Of a DNA stretch of 64,000 nt, positions 47,569-60,094 are shown piece by piece. Position 1 is the stretch's first letter. Each line of letters starts with the position of its first letter. The position numbers and the translations under genes are program-made. The stretch is from assembly GCF_009914755.1 (NCBI RefSeq), contig NC_060929.1, one strand, 5' to 3'. A model generated the notes under the pieces. That model ran no database searches. It was not told the origin of the DNA and worked only from the letters and a program-made list of their open reading frames with translations. Origin of the DNA: the human T2T-CHM13v2.0 reference genome, Homo sapiens.

Positions 47569-48350
47569 CTGCAAGATTAAATAGATCAATTGTTCAATAT
47601 GTACCAATTCTAGTTTGGCACTTTTAGTAGTAATAATTAACTCTGCTATGTTCGTGTGGACAAATTTATTTTTTCTCAGGGAAATTAGTTCATATATTGC
47701 TGTAGGAGCTAATGGCTCCTCTGAAACATACCTTGTCTTCTTAGTGTGGCCCCTGCTTGGTTACAACTAAGCAGCCTTTTCCTTCACAGTAAATAAGAGC
47801 CCTGTGTGCCCCAGCTGTCCCTAATTAGGTTACTCAGTGTCTCTCTGGGTGACTGACTAAACATGCTTCAGCTTCTTCCCAACTGATTTTCTTTTTAAAA
47901 TAAAGGAACCAGTCATTTTGTTAGAACCCCCAAATTATGCTTAGCAATTTTAAGTATACATCTATTTAAGATAACTAAAGCAATTTCATACAAATTCATT
48001 AATCAATTTGATTGAAGAGTCTCCATTTACAAAATATAAGCACAAAACATTTTTATTTTTTTTCAGGAACTGCTACCAATAGTACTTTGAGAACTTCATC
48101 TTTGTGCTTTGCTAGCAATAAGTTAGAACCCTTTCGTCACTTTTGGGGTTCTTTCAGTTATTGAAGCAGTTTAGTACAGGTAAGATTTTAATTTCATATG
48201 AGATGAAAACTCTCTTCATCTTTCACCCTAGTTAACCTTCTTACTCGTGAAACTTGAGCTGAGATGGAGGTAAACACGGTAGGAATTTTGTCAAAGTTTC
48301 TCCCATATTGAGGAACCCTATCTTACAGAAGGAGGAACTGAGGTCAAAGG

Positions 48351-48592
48351 ATATTACAAATACTAGCACAAAGGAGATACTTTATATATACTTATGGAAG
48401 AATAAATACTAAAATTTCATCAAATCCATTAAGGTATTTGCCAACATGAAAGACCTCTTCACCATGAAAACAGAAGATCTCTCTTGTGATTCAGGCAGAG
48501 CTTAAATTAGATCTACCTTTGAGTTTGACTTCTATGTGTCAACTTCACCCTCAGGAGTACTCCCTTCTGATGGCAGGAGGTAACAGTGGTTT
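48351..48592 (+). repeat. Copy 2 of local direct duplication
   Basis: Colinear with 43019-43260. Confidence 0.85.
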
Positions 48593-49427
48593 CCTGGGCT
48601 TGCTTCTGGGATGTTATAGTAGGGATGGAGGGATGGGCCTTGTTAAGTTGGCTGTCCTTTTTTATAGTCATACCTGCTGTTTCCTTACATGAGCATCATA
48701 TGTGCATGGTGGTGAGGTTGTTTTCCCCTTTCCATTGGTTATCAGCACCTAATCTCATTATCTATAGGAGAACCAAATCCAAAGCATCTCTCAAATGAAT
48801 TTTTGGTCTCATGTGAGATTCAACTTCATCTCCAGGGATCTTCCAACATGGTGCTAAATGTTCCTATCTTCAGAAGCAACCCATTTTTGATCATATTATG
48901 GGGGTGTCGAGTAGCCTCTAAACTTCCCTATTTCTAAAGCACAAACTTTGGGGCTAAGAAAAAAATGTGCAGGGTCAATCTTCCATATTCTCAGCAATTA
49001 AGGGATTATAGAGGTAGTCTCCATACCCTCACTATGTGGCCATATCTCCATGCCATCTCTCACTAGAACTCTAGATTTTAGAAAAGGTCAACAAGCCCTA
49101 TGGTTCAGGTAACATCTAGTAGGAGTATAAGATATCTTTCACCTCCTTTCTTACAGATTCCCAGAAAACTCACATGTATTCTGTACATTGGTTTGCTGTA
49201 GCTGCATAACAAACTATAACACCCAAAACAACAGGCATTCATTATCACACAAAACTTTGGTCTGAATGTTGTTACCACTGTAATTTCTGCCCTATTCAGC
49301 AACTTCCAGTGATAAGAAATGATCTTGAACAGTATTACACAACACAAGCCACAGTCATGGTTTCTCTAATTAGAACTCTTCCCCTAACAAAGTAATTTTT
49401 AATGAAAGAGCCTAAGTTTACTAGCAA

Positions 49428-49885
49428 GGCCGCTAAAGGATAATTTAGTAAAGTTTCTCAAAGGAAAATACTAATTTTGCATCATGTGACACAAAAGGGC
49501 CTGTAAGCAAATACTTTAGGAATAAAGTTTATAGACTATTTCTCCTATGAAGATTCATAGATCACAAATACATATTTAGGTCTTTGAGAAGTGTTCTAGT
49601 GAAGACATAGGGTTATACATGCCCAGCTGAGTTTGTAGCACTGCCATTCACTACCTAGATAGTGTCAAATTTCTTGATTTTCTTATGCTTCAAATTATTA
49701 TTATATGAAATAGGGCAATAATCGTTTTTGTCTCATAAAGAGATTTTAAGAATTAAATGATACAATATGTAAAACTCTGAACATGAACCCCATACATACA
49801 CTTAGGGAATGCTCAATAAATGTTAAGTAATAGCATTATTAATATTTCCCAAACTTATGATCATGAAAACCCATTTTTAAAACTG
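49428..49885. mobile_element. MER103C-like DNA element split by a MIR
   Basis: gtttctcaaag..catatttaggtctttgagaagtg; resumes atttcccaaacttat..acccattttt after the MIR. Confidence 0.55.
49622..49840 (+). mobile_element. MIR SINE
   Basis: ctgccattcactacct..aagaattaaatgatacaatatgtaaaa..gctcaataaatgtta. Confidence 0.75.
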
Positions 49886-50837
49886 TTGGACTAGGGATTA
49901 TATTGAGAGGCAAATTTATGATCACTTTTCTTTGGTCCATTTGATGCTGGGCCTAAAATACACCACTCAATTTCTTGCCCTGAATTTGAGGAAATAGATG
50001 AGATTGCTGAGAAGTCAAACATAATTTGTTTCACTTAAAAGCAATTTGTTTACATCAATGGAAACAGAATTTTGCCATAAGGATCTTAATAAATATTCTT
50101 ACCTCACACTCTTAGATGACCAATTGTTATATTAAGTGAGGATGACAGAAGGAAAGAAAAGAAGAAATTAATACTCATGAAAATTGGGAGAGAATGTTGT
50201 AATTATAGTCATGAAAAGATGGTGGTCCTAGAAGCAGCTAAGGAGTAGTATGGAAAAATGTTCAAGAGAACTTGTTAATAAGTTTATCTACTAGTAACCA
50301 ACATGTAAATTTATGGTTCTTTTCTCCCTTCTCTCTGTTTTACCCTCTGGGGAACAAAAGGCAGAGGAGAGATCAGAGTAAGGATGTGATAGGTTAAATA
50401 TATCCAGTTCATGCGGAGTCTACATAAGACTGACCTCTGGGCAAATCACCAACCTGAATTTCTTCTAGTGGATGCATTATCATTTTCAAGTATCTCATTT
50501 AAACTTGCATTTCAAGGATGAATCTAGAATTATCAATGTACTAATTGTTCTTGTTCTACATCCTATATTCTAATGAATTCTAAGTTTGTCTTCAGATATG
50601 GATAACAGAAATTTATATCTAGGATTTCCTTGCTGGACTTGAGTGAAAAAATAATCTGAATATAATCCAGGGAATTCATATCGCATGATATACCTCTGCT
50701 GAATTTCAGTTATGTACTACTGGGTCAATGGGAAACTAGATTTCCTGTCTGGTTACTTACGGAGTACATGACACACAGCCCAAAGAAGTGGGGAGTCGTT
50801 TGCCTACAGCTATGATGTGGAAATTTTTCTGACTTAC

Positions 50838-50881
50838 ATTATAGAGATTGTTGAACTTTGACTTAAGAAAATTGTTGTAAT
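50838..50881 (-). pseudogene. Candidate exon (44 nt; alternative donor extends it to 50761)
   Basis: tttttaaatcttgtccttcag| ... AT|GTAAGT; phase 1-0 DYNNFLKSKFNNLYN; second donor CC|GTAAGT at 50761. Confidence 0.6.
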
Positions 50882-52490
50882 CTGAAGGACAAGATTTAAA
50901 AATCAAAGCAGACAAGTATAGTTATTTACAGGGCAAAGAAACATGCTTTCAGGTTGGTGATTAATAGTCCTTGATTCAAGGAAATAAGGACAAAGGAGGT
51001 CGAGTTGCCTTAATTCTTAAACAAAACATGTTGAGGACTTGATTCCTTATGTCCCAACAAATAAATATCGAAAGAAATAAGAGCAATAATTTTTGGATTG
51101 CAAGAGCAAATACTCAACTCTATCATGACCACGCCTTTGAAATATTTTCTTTCTATTGGAAAGGGGACAAAAAACCAAAATTTTATTTTTAATTCAAGAA
51201 CTCTATTGAAAGTATAGTGATGTGAACATGAATATTATAGATTTCAGATTTTTTCAGGAAAATCATTTTTCTTGATTATTTAATTGGAGTTTCAAAAAGT
51301 AACAATGACATATTTACACGTTGAATACTTTTGTCCTTCAATACAAAGTAAGTAAATACAGAAAATTCACTGATTACAGGAGGATAAAATTAATAGCATT
51401 GCCATATCTACCGTGGTTACATTGAATTTTTGTCCTGCAGAACAAAAATATTAAAACTATCATGAAAATCAGGCTCAGTCCAGGATTCTGTAATCTGCAA
51501 CACTTGAAAAAACACTGCTTTTCATCAATACTCTAAGCCTTGGTTGCACTCAAGGTAAGCACATTTCAAAGCCCTGCAAAGTACCTCACTGTAGCCAAAA
51601 GATATATAAAGTAGACTAATGAAATGACCTTACTTAACTGTGGTATCTTACTTTTATGCTATCAAACATAAAGGAAATTAAATTTTAAGAACACATTTAA
51701 AAATGACCAAAAGTCTCATTGTTGAATCCCAACTAAGGAAATTACACTGAGACCACGGTTCACACAATGTACCATCTTAGACCCTTATTTTATTGGCAGG
51801 CTACTGTTTTTCACAAGATTACAAAATTAATAAAAACTAAAGACAACACAAGAAGCCAAGAGCTAAAATTCTAAATAAGTATGAGTTCAAAGTGAATAGC
51901 ACAGAAGGCTGTGTTAATCTTAAAATCTTAAAGAGAGATACAGAGAAGACAAAGTAACCATATTTTATGATACAAAATCAAAATATAACAATGACCATAA
52001 AAATGGGGACTGTCTACTCAAGGAGGGCTTATGGTTATTGACTTTTAAAAATACAGCATTTCCAACAACTCCCATATTTCTCTAGAAATGCTGGTCTGTA
52101 AAACACTGCTGAATTTACACTTGGTTTAAATTTGTAAAGAGTAAAGCTTTTCCAGGTACTATTATAGAAAGCTGAAAGATACATTTTTCAGAGGCCCCCG
52201 GGCATCAATTTTGCTTCCTTTGTTTGAATGAGGGTATGGCTTTATTGATTCTGAATGTGGTTCAGGAAATAAAATGGACTGAAGCTGGACAACATTCTCT
52301 TAACTGAAGGTGTAGATTTTTTTTTTTAATGTTTTAAGTCTTTCCTGAATGGTAATGTAAGGCTGTGTCTGTCCAGGTTAGGAAAGGTTCTTTCTGTACC
52401 AGCAGCCGTGTGTCCCCATAAGGAAGTAAAAGGCTATGGAAAAGCCCTCCGAGCATGTTCCAGTGGCTCCTTCTTTATGTTGCTACTTGG

Positions 52491-52491
<1 letters not shown>

Positions 52492-52527
<36 letters not shown>

Positions 52528-52802
52528 AGACAGAGTCTCGCTCTGTCGCCCAGGCTGGAGTGCAATGGCACCATCTCGGCTCACTGCAACCTCGCCTCTC
52601 AGGTTCAAGCAATTCTCCTGCCTCAGCCTCCGGACTAGCTGGAACTACAAGCATGCCACCACGCCCAGCTAATGTTTGTATTTTTAGTAGAGATGGGGTT
52701 TCACCATGTTGGCCAGGCTGGTCTCCAACTTTGACCTCAAGTGATCCACCTGCCTTAGCCTCCCAAAGTGCTGGGATTACAGGCGTGAGCCACCACGCCC
52801 AG
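52492..52802 (-). mobile_element. AluS (Sz/Sx-like) with uninterrupted 35-nt tail
   Basis: Full dimer; T35 at 52492-52526; no clear TSD. Confidence 0.92.
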
Positions 52803-52818
52803 GATGCTTCTGTAGTGT

Positions 52819-53427
52819 TGAGAGATGAAGCCACCTGGACTTCCTGGGTCCACTGGGGACTTGGAGAACTTTTCGGTCTTACAAGAGAATTGTAAAATGC
52901 ACCAATCAGTGCTCTGTAGCTAGCAAGAGGATTGTAAAATGCACCCATCAGTGCTCTGTAAAAAATGCACCAATCAGCACTCTGTAGCTAGCAAGAGGAT
53001 TGTAAAATGCACCAATCAGCACTCTGTAAAAACACACCAATCAGCACTCTGTAAAACGCACCAATCAGCGGTCTGTAAAACACACCAATCAGTGGTCTGT
53101 AAAACACACCAATCAGCAGGAATCTAAAAGTAGCCAATCGCAGGGAGGATTGAAAAAAGGGGACTCTGATAGGGCAGAAATGGAACATGGGCAGGGACAA
53201 ATAAGGGAATAAATGCTGGCCATCCCAGCCAGCAGCAGTAACACACTCAGGTCCCCTTCCATGCTATGGAATCTTTGTTCTTTTGCTCTTCACAATAAAT
53301 CTTGCTGCTGCTCACTCTTTGGGTCCATGCCACCTTTAAGAGCTGTAACACTCACCATGAAGTTTTATGGCCTGATTCTTGAAGTCAGCGAGACCATGAA
53401 CCCACTGAAAGGAACCAACTCCAGACA
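52819..53427 (+). mobile_element. LTR12 (LTR12F-like, HERV9) solo LTR
   Basis: tgagagatgaagcc..ggacttcctgggtc; tandem caccaatcagc units; aataaa; ends ccagaca; TSD gtgt/ctgt. Confidence 0.9.
52880..53140 (+). promoter_or_regulatory. LTR12 U3 CCAAT (NF-Y) box array
   Basis: Eight intact CCAAT boxes plus one mutated (cccatc) in tandem units upstream of the AATAAA/TATA-like box near 53208. Confidence 0.75.
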
Positions 53428-54089
53428 CTGTCCCATATCCTCGATGAAGAAAGAAGAACTTTGTAGCAGATGTGTATACGTCCCCTTTCCTTTATATGCC
53501 TGCAATGCTGAAGAACTTTATAAGCAATTTTCTTTTCCTGTGATGAAGAGGTTAATACAAAGCATTGTTGACCCATTTATTAATACATTATTTGGAAGAA
53601 AGTGGGGAATCTTGGATCCTTCTTGAACAATGCTATGAAAATCACATATGAGAACTATAGAAACTGGATGCCATTCAAAAGACCAAGATGATGAAAAGAA
53701 CGAAGTTGTGAAACAAAAAGTGACTGGTCTGACAAGAAACATTGGAGATGTTTGCTTACCTATCTCAATGTAAAAACTACATAAAGAACGTTACAAAGAT
53801 TCTTAGGTAAGAATTTTTTTAATTCTCAAAGATTGAGAAAGTTTTCCATTCAGTTTTCATGAACTGAAAGACAAGTTTGTAATGTCTGAAGAGTAGAATT
53901 AAAAGGATCTTAAAGGGATTGCATCTAAAAATATGCCCACTCAAGACTCTGAGTCATGCATAATATGTTCTCATTGTTACTTTAATTTGCATTTTCTCAT
54001 GACCCAGGATATTAAGCATCTTTTCATATCAATATTGATACATACACATGTACATTAAAGCATGTCTACTTGGGAAAGGAAATTAAAAG

Positions 54090-56390
54090 GGAAAGATATT
54101 AAAACCTCCATCTATAATTTTGTATCTGCTTTTCCTTTGAGTTTTGTCAATCCTTATTCTATGTATTTGAAGCTCTGTTACTAAATAAATTCCATATATT
54201 TAATAAATGGACCCGTTGGTCATTATGTAATGGCACACTTTGTCTTTCATAGTATTCCTCTTTATTAAGGCTACTTTGACAGATAGTAATATAGTCATAC
54301 CACCTTTCCTAAGCTTAGTGTGTGCATGGATACCTTTGCTCATTCTTTTACTTTCTACTTGCCTGTGTATTTATATTTAATGTCAATCTTTTATAAATTG
54401 CATATAGTTGCAGCTTGCTTTTCTATCCAATCTGACAATATCTGATTTTATTTGGATTTTTAATTCATTTATATTTAATATAATTACTTGTATGGATGTT
54501 TTAAAACCTACTATATTGTCATTTGTTTTCTATTTTACCTCCCTTGGGGTCGGGGGGTGAAGAGAGACAAGGAAGGGCTTAATTGGGTTTTAAAAATATA
54601 GAATTCTAACTTGTAGATATACCATATTTTATTATGTAAGAGATTATCAATACCCATCCTTAATTTTTAATAATCTATATAGAATAGCATATCACTACAT
54701 GTACAACACAGGAATCTTATAACCAGTATAATTAAATGAATCCTTTCCTCTGTATTACATCTATCCCACCTTCTATTTAGTGTGCCATTTTAAAAAAATT
54801 ATATATGCTATAAATCCCATGACACATTATTTTTTATTAAAATAGTCAATTGATTTTTAAGATAATTTCAGAAAGAAAAATAGCTTTTTTATACTTACTA
54901 CATATTTACCTTAGTCCCTGTTCATTTCTTTCTATAGAAATTAATTTTCATCTGACGTGATTTTCCTTCTAAGAAGTTACTTTACCATTGGTATGCTTTC
55001 CAGTATATGTCTAATGACAGCAAATGCTTCCAGATTTCATCTGAAATTATGTTGATTTGACCTTCATTTTTAAGGCAATTTTCACTAGATATAGAAATCT
55101 AGGTAGACAGCTTTCCTCCAAACACTTTAAATATGCAATTCCATAATTTCTGCCCTTCATTATTTCTATTGAGAAGGCAACCATCATTCTTATAGCTGTT
55201 CTGCTGTATATAATGTGTCTTTTTTTCTCTGGTTGTTTTTATGATGTTCTCTTTCCTTTTTAGAATTCAGAAATCTTACAACATGGTACCTAGGTGTAAT
55301 TTTCTTTGGATTTATCTTCCTTGGGATTCACTGACTTTCCTGGGCCTAAGGGTTTGTTTTGTTTGTTTTTAAAATCAAACTTGGAAGGATGATGGTCATT
55401 ATTTCTTGATAATTTTTAGTCCTATTTCCTCTCTTTTATTTTTCTAAGATTCTGAGCAATAACCAAATGCTATTGCTATTGATATTGTCTGATAGGTCAT
55501 TGAGACCCTATTCATTTTCTTTCATTTTTAAAAATTTTCTCTGTGCTTCAATTTGGACAATTCCTATTGATCTGTTTTCAAGTTCTCAGATTCTTCCATT
55601 GTGTTCATTATATGCTTAATAGCATCCTACAAATTTATTGATATCAGGTATATTTTAGTTCTAGAATTTCTATTTGACCGTTTATAAGTTTTCATATCTC
55701 TTTTTAAAATTTCTGATCCCTTTGCCCATATTTCTACCTATTCCTGTTGTTTATTTTTCACACATTTATCCGATTAATTCAAACATGTCAGTCTTCATTG
55801 GGCCTCTTTCTGCTATTTTTCTCATGACTGTGCTGGTACAGTAAATGTTATATTACACTGGACATTATGGATGATACATTATAGTCTATATTCTATTACC
55901 TTCACCTGAAAAGCATTGAGCTATTTTCTAGTGTGCAGCTAAATAACGGATACATTCCTTTCATCTCCTAGGGCTCCGTTTTGGGTTTTATTATAGCAGG
56001 TCTATTTCAGTTTGCCTTTATACATGAGGTGTAGCCATTGCAATGAGAAACAACCTTTCCTTCAAAGATGTGTTTCTTCTGCTATTTTAATTGAAAGCAT
56101 GAAATGTTCTAGAAATCTCTCTAACTTAGGGGGAATTTAATTTCAACTTCCTCTTTGAGCAACAGGCAGCTGTTAATTCTGCCTTCTTTCAGCCTTCTAG
56201 CTTTGTTTTACTGTGTTCCTTGGATTCTCATCCTACACTTTCAGAGTTGAGAAATCATCATTCAAACAGTTTGAATTATATTTCTAGAATTTATTATCAA
56301 CAATAATTATCAATTATTATTGACAACAATTATTATAAATAACAATCAATTGAGTATTACAAGTTACTCTGCCATTATTGGAAACTGGAA
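54090..56390 (-). mobile_element. Ancient L1M 5' half (EN domain, inter-ORF, ORF1, 5' UTR), degenerate
   Basis: tatgtatttgaagctctgtta..cattatgtaatg..tatccaatctgacaat; attttcactagatatagaaatctagg; tttctattgagaag. Confidence 0.75.
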
Positions 56391-56477
56391 CTATGTTTTA
56401 GAAAACACATAATAATATAGATTATCAATTTAAAAAATTGAAATCACCTAGACATTGCATAAAAACTAAAGAAATCA

Positions 56478-56765
56478 GGTCAGGCGCAGTGGCTCACACC
56501 TGTAATCCCAGCACTTTGGGAGGCTGAGGCAGGCAGATTACTTGCAGTCAGGAGTTCGACATCAGCCATGGTCAACATGGTGGAACCCTGTCTCTACTAA
56601 AACTACAAAAATTAGCCGGGTGTGGTGGTGTGTGGTTATAATCCCAGCTGCTGGGGAAGCTGAGGCGGGAGAATTGCTTGAACCCAGAGGCAGAGGTTGC
56701 AGTGAGCTGAGATTGCGCCACTGCACTCCAGCCAGAGTAACAGAGTGAGACTCCATCTCAAAAAA
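56478..56765 (+). mobile_element. AluS (Sz-like)
   Basis: Full dimer, diverged. Confidence 0.9.
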
Positions 56766-56789
56766 TGAAAAAAGTTAAAAAATTTAAAA

Positions 56790-56972
56790 AAATCTAAATA
56801 AACTATGAACTTTGTTAATAATGTCTCAATATTGGTTCATTAATATTAGTGAATGCAGCATAGCAATGTAAGATGTTAATGGGGAAACTAGATGGGTATA
56901 TTGTAATTATAATATTTTTAAAATTTTTCTGTAAATCTAAAATTCTTCTAAAAAGTAAAGTCTGCTTAAAAA
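56790..56972 (+). mobile_element. L1MC/MD 3' end
   Basis: caatattggttcattaat..atgtaagatgttaat..ttttctgtaaatctaaaatt. Confidence 0.7.
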
Positions 56973-57275
56973 ACCATCTGTAATCTTCAGAATATAAAGC
57001 TGTAGAGTGACATTATATCATATAAATAGCTTGTAATTCACCCATTTTCTTGCTAAGCATGCCTTAGGCAATTTCACATGCATTGAAATATTCTTCAAAA
57101 ATGTACTTGAATAAATACATGTTATTTCATCACTTGGATATGTAATGATTTTAAAACTATTATTTAGTTAGCTTTTGAGATTATTTTCCATGTTTCAAAC
57201 TTATAATACTATAGTAAACATGATGGGATGAATCCCTAGAATTATAATTACTAAGTCAAGGGTAACAACATTTTT

Positions 57276-57555
<280 letters not shown>

Positions 57556-57877
57556 TTATACTATTAATACATAATTGCCAAATTGCTCTCCATATCATTT
57601 TGCAGTGTGCTTGTCTTCTCATTTATCAAAAGACCATCTTATTCATTAAGTCTTTATCATCTGTTATGCTCAATTTATTTGTTCGAATTGAGCCAAAGTG
57701 AGTAAGAATTTCTTTTATCCCCTAAAACCTTGATATATAGTTGGTATTTCATTTTTTACCTTGCCAATGTGATAAATAAAATGCTTCTCTTTATTTTGTA
57801 TAAGTGAAGTTTGCTCTTTATTACATTATTTTTCATTAGCTACTTGCATTTCTTTCTTTTGATTAACTTTTAATAAT

Positions 57878-58050
57878 GTTCATACATTTATTGAACACTT
57901 ACTATGTACCAACACTGGCTGGTGCAGTTGATACAATGGTGAGCAAAAGATACATCTCATGGAGCTGTTAGACCGCTATGAGACAGCGATGTTAACCAAA
58001 TGCCTGCATAACCTATAAAATTGCAATTGTTATATAAATTGCTGCGAAAC
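57878..58050 (-). mobile_element. L2 3' end
   Basis: catttattgaacacttactatgtaccaacactg..gatacaatggtgagcaaaa. Confidence 0.7.
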
Positions 58051-58573
58051 TTTCTATAAGAAAAGCCAAGAAAAATATCCTAGCATTGTCTATGCATGTC
58101 TTATGCCAGTAATTCTATTAGTGTTTATTTTTGAAAAAAATCATTTACTGTTTACTTTGATTATTGTTTAATATTTTGTTTTGTTTTGCTTCTATATAAT
58201 TATTCATTTTTATGGGAAAAAATAAGAGTCCAGACAGAAAGCCAAACTGCACATGTATACCATAAATTACTGAACTGCTTCAAGCACTGTGCCCCTTTCA
58301 ACAGGATGGCTGCAGATTGCAGAGTAATGAGAACAAAGTGCAACAATGGCTTTTCTCCATTTCACTGACTCCTGCTCCAACATGTGCCACAAATACAGTC
58401 TGCATGATTATTTAGGATCACATTGAAAGCTGCCCTGATATTCTATGTGTATGATTTAAATACCTTATTGAAGAAGTGTATGGATTTATAATAAGAATAG
58501 TTAGCCAGTTTAGTTGCAGAAAATGGATGGCAATTTTTGGCATTCTACACTGCCTAATCACCAGGTGACTAAC

Positions 58574-58620
58574 CCCCATATAATAAGCTAATCTTCACTG
58601 TCTTCTCCATTTGCTCATTC
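58574..58620 (-). pseudogene. Candidate exon (47 nt, open)
   Basis: atttattttctttaag| ... GG|GTTAGT; phase 2-1 NEQMEKTVKISLLYG. Confidence 0.5.
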
Positions 58621-59236
58621 CTTAAAGAAAATAAATATCAATAACCAAAGCATATGTGATTGGCAGTTTTGCCACTTGAGGTCATGTCAAAATCTAAGCA
58701 AAACCTATTACTATACATGTTTTTAAAGACAAACATTAATTATATGTGTAAGATCCTGCCACAAAAGAAACATAAAAATGAAGCATAAATGAGTTAAACT
58801 CAATATTGCTTGATAGAGGCAAACAATAACACAGCTATTAAGAATAATTAGAATCATAACACAGCCTAAAGGGACAGCACTAGCATGTTAGATATGGAAA
58901 GAGCTATCATTTTCCAGAAATGCAGACTCACTGCAAATTAAAGGAGGCCTAGGGTGTCAGATGTGTGATAGAAATAGCCAGGTCCAATAGATTAAGCCCT
59001 ATTAAAGCCTTTTGTCCACAGTGTTAAACTTTACTATGACATTTAATAACCATTTCATGAAGAAAGATTTTTTTAAACACAAAATAGTCCAGTTTAGAAA
59101 AAATAAACTATACCATTTAGGTAATGTTTTCATAAACTTTGCTCTGTCCTTATTCTTCCTTTCTAAAATGATAAAAATGTATACTAAGGCATGGTGTCCA
59201 AAGATTCTAAATTCCTTAAGAAACTCTAGGCATTAC

Positions 59237-59937
59237 CTCTTCATTTCATTCCCGTGGTAGATAAAACTCTAAGATAGCTCTCAAGATTTCCCACCCCCTG
59301 GTGTACACATCCTGTATCATTCTTGGGACTCTGGGATAAATTTTACTCCTGTTATGAGATCACATAACATCACAAAGTTGAATTTAAGAAAGGGAGATTA
59401 TCTAGGATGAGCCTAATCTAATCACAGAAGCTCTTTAAAACAGAGTTTTCTCTGGTGGGTGACAGAAAAGAAAAGTGCAGACATGAAGCACGAGAAGGAT
59501 TTGGCACATGGTTATTAGCTTGAAGACTGGCAGAACCATGTGACAAATAATATGGGCAGCCTCTAGCAATTGACAGTAGCCCCTGGCTGACAACCAGTAA
59601 GGAATTGGGAACATCAGCCCTACCTACAACTGTAAGGAACTGAACTGTGGACACAAGAAGAATGAGCTTGAAAGTGATATTTTTTTTTCCTGAGCCTCCA
59701 GACAATAGCTCAGCATAACCAACATCTCTATTTTAGCCTTAGAGACTCTAAGCAGAGATCCCATTTATAGAGTACCCAGACTTTTAACCTACAGAACTTT
59801 GAGCTAATACATTGTTGGTCCTTTAAAGCACTGAGCTAGTTGTAATTTATTGCACAACAATAGAAATTAATAGAATTCAGAAGGAGATCTGATATGCTTG
59901 TGGGACCTTCTTAGGAAGGTTGATCATTTTTAAACAT
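59237..59937 (-). pseudogene. Candidate 74-nt exon split by an MLT1E insertion
   Basis: Removing 59253-59874 and one TSD gives |MFKNDQPS*EGPTSISDLLLNEMK(R) with donor GAG|GTAATG, ending in phase 2. Confidence 0.35.
59253..59874 (+). mobile_element. MLT1E-like solo LTR
   Basis: cgtggtagataaaactctaagat..ccctggctgacaaccagtaagg..caacaatagaaattaataga; TSD attcc/attca. Confidence 0.85.
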
Positions 59938-59981
59938 CTATTGTTTAAACTTAGAAGTTGATCATTTTTAAACATCTATTG
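59911..59981. repeat. Tandem duplication of about 31 bp
   Basis: gttgatcatttttaaacatctattg occurs twice, 38 bp apart. Confidence 0.9.
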
Positions 59982-60094
59982 AAGAAAGTACTGAAAATCC
60001 TCTAAGACTTCCTAGACTCAATTCCAATTATCTCTAATGATTAAAAAGATTTGTCAGCAATGGTCAGATTCCAGTAGAAAAACTGTATCTGTTA

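Noticed and set aside
52408-52948. 146-aa and 157-aa ORFs
   Set aside because: They are translations of an Alu and its poly-T/A tail. The same applies to ORFs at 15662, 22790, 23057, 24271, 29100, 36110, 39033, 46690, 56542, 57334 and 62356.
52880-53120. Tandem caccaatcagc repeats resembling a CRISPR array
   Set aside because: There are no unique spacers and no cas genes, and the context is eukaryotic. These are the normal LTR12 U3 CCAAT repeats.
52401-53806. Possible processed pseudogene or plus-strand coding exon interrupted by the Alu and LTR12
   Set aside because: After removing the insertions I found no continuous reading frame and no recognisable protein. There is no poly-A tail or TSD.
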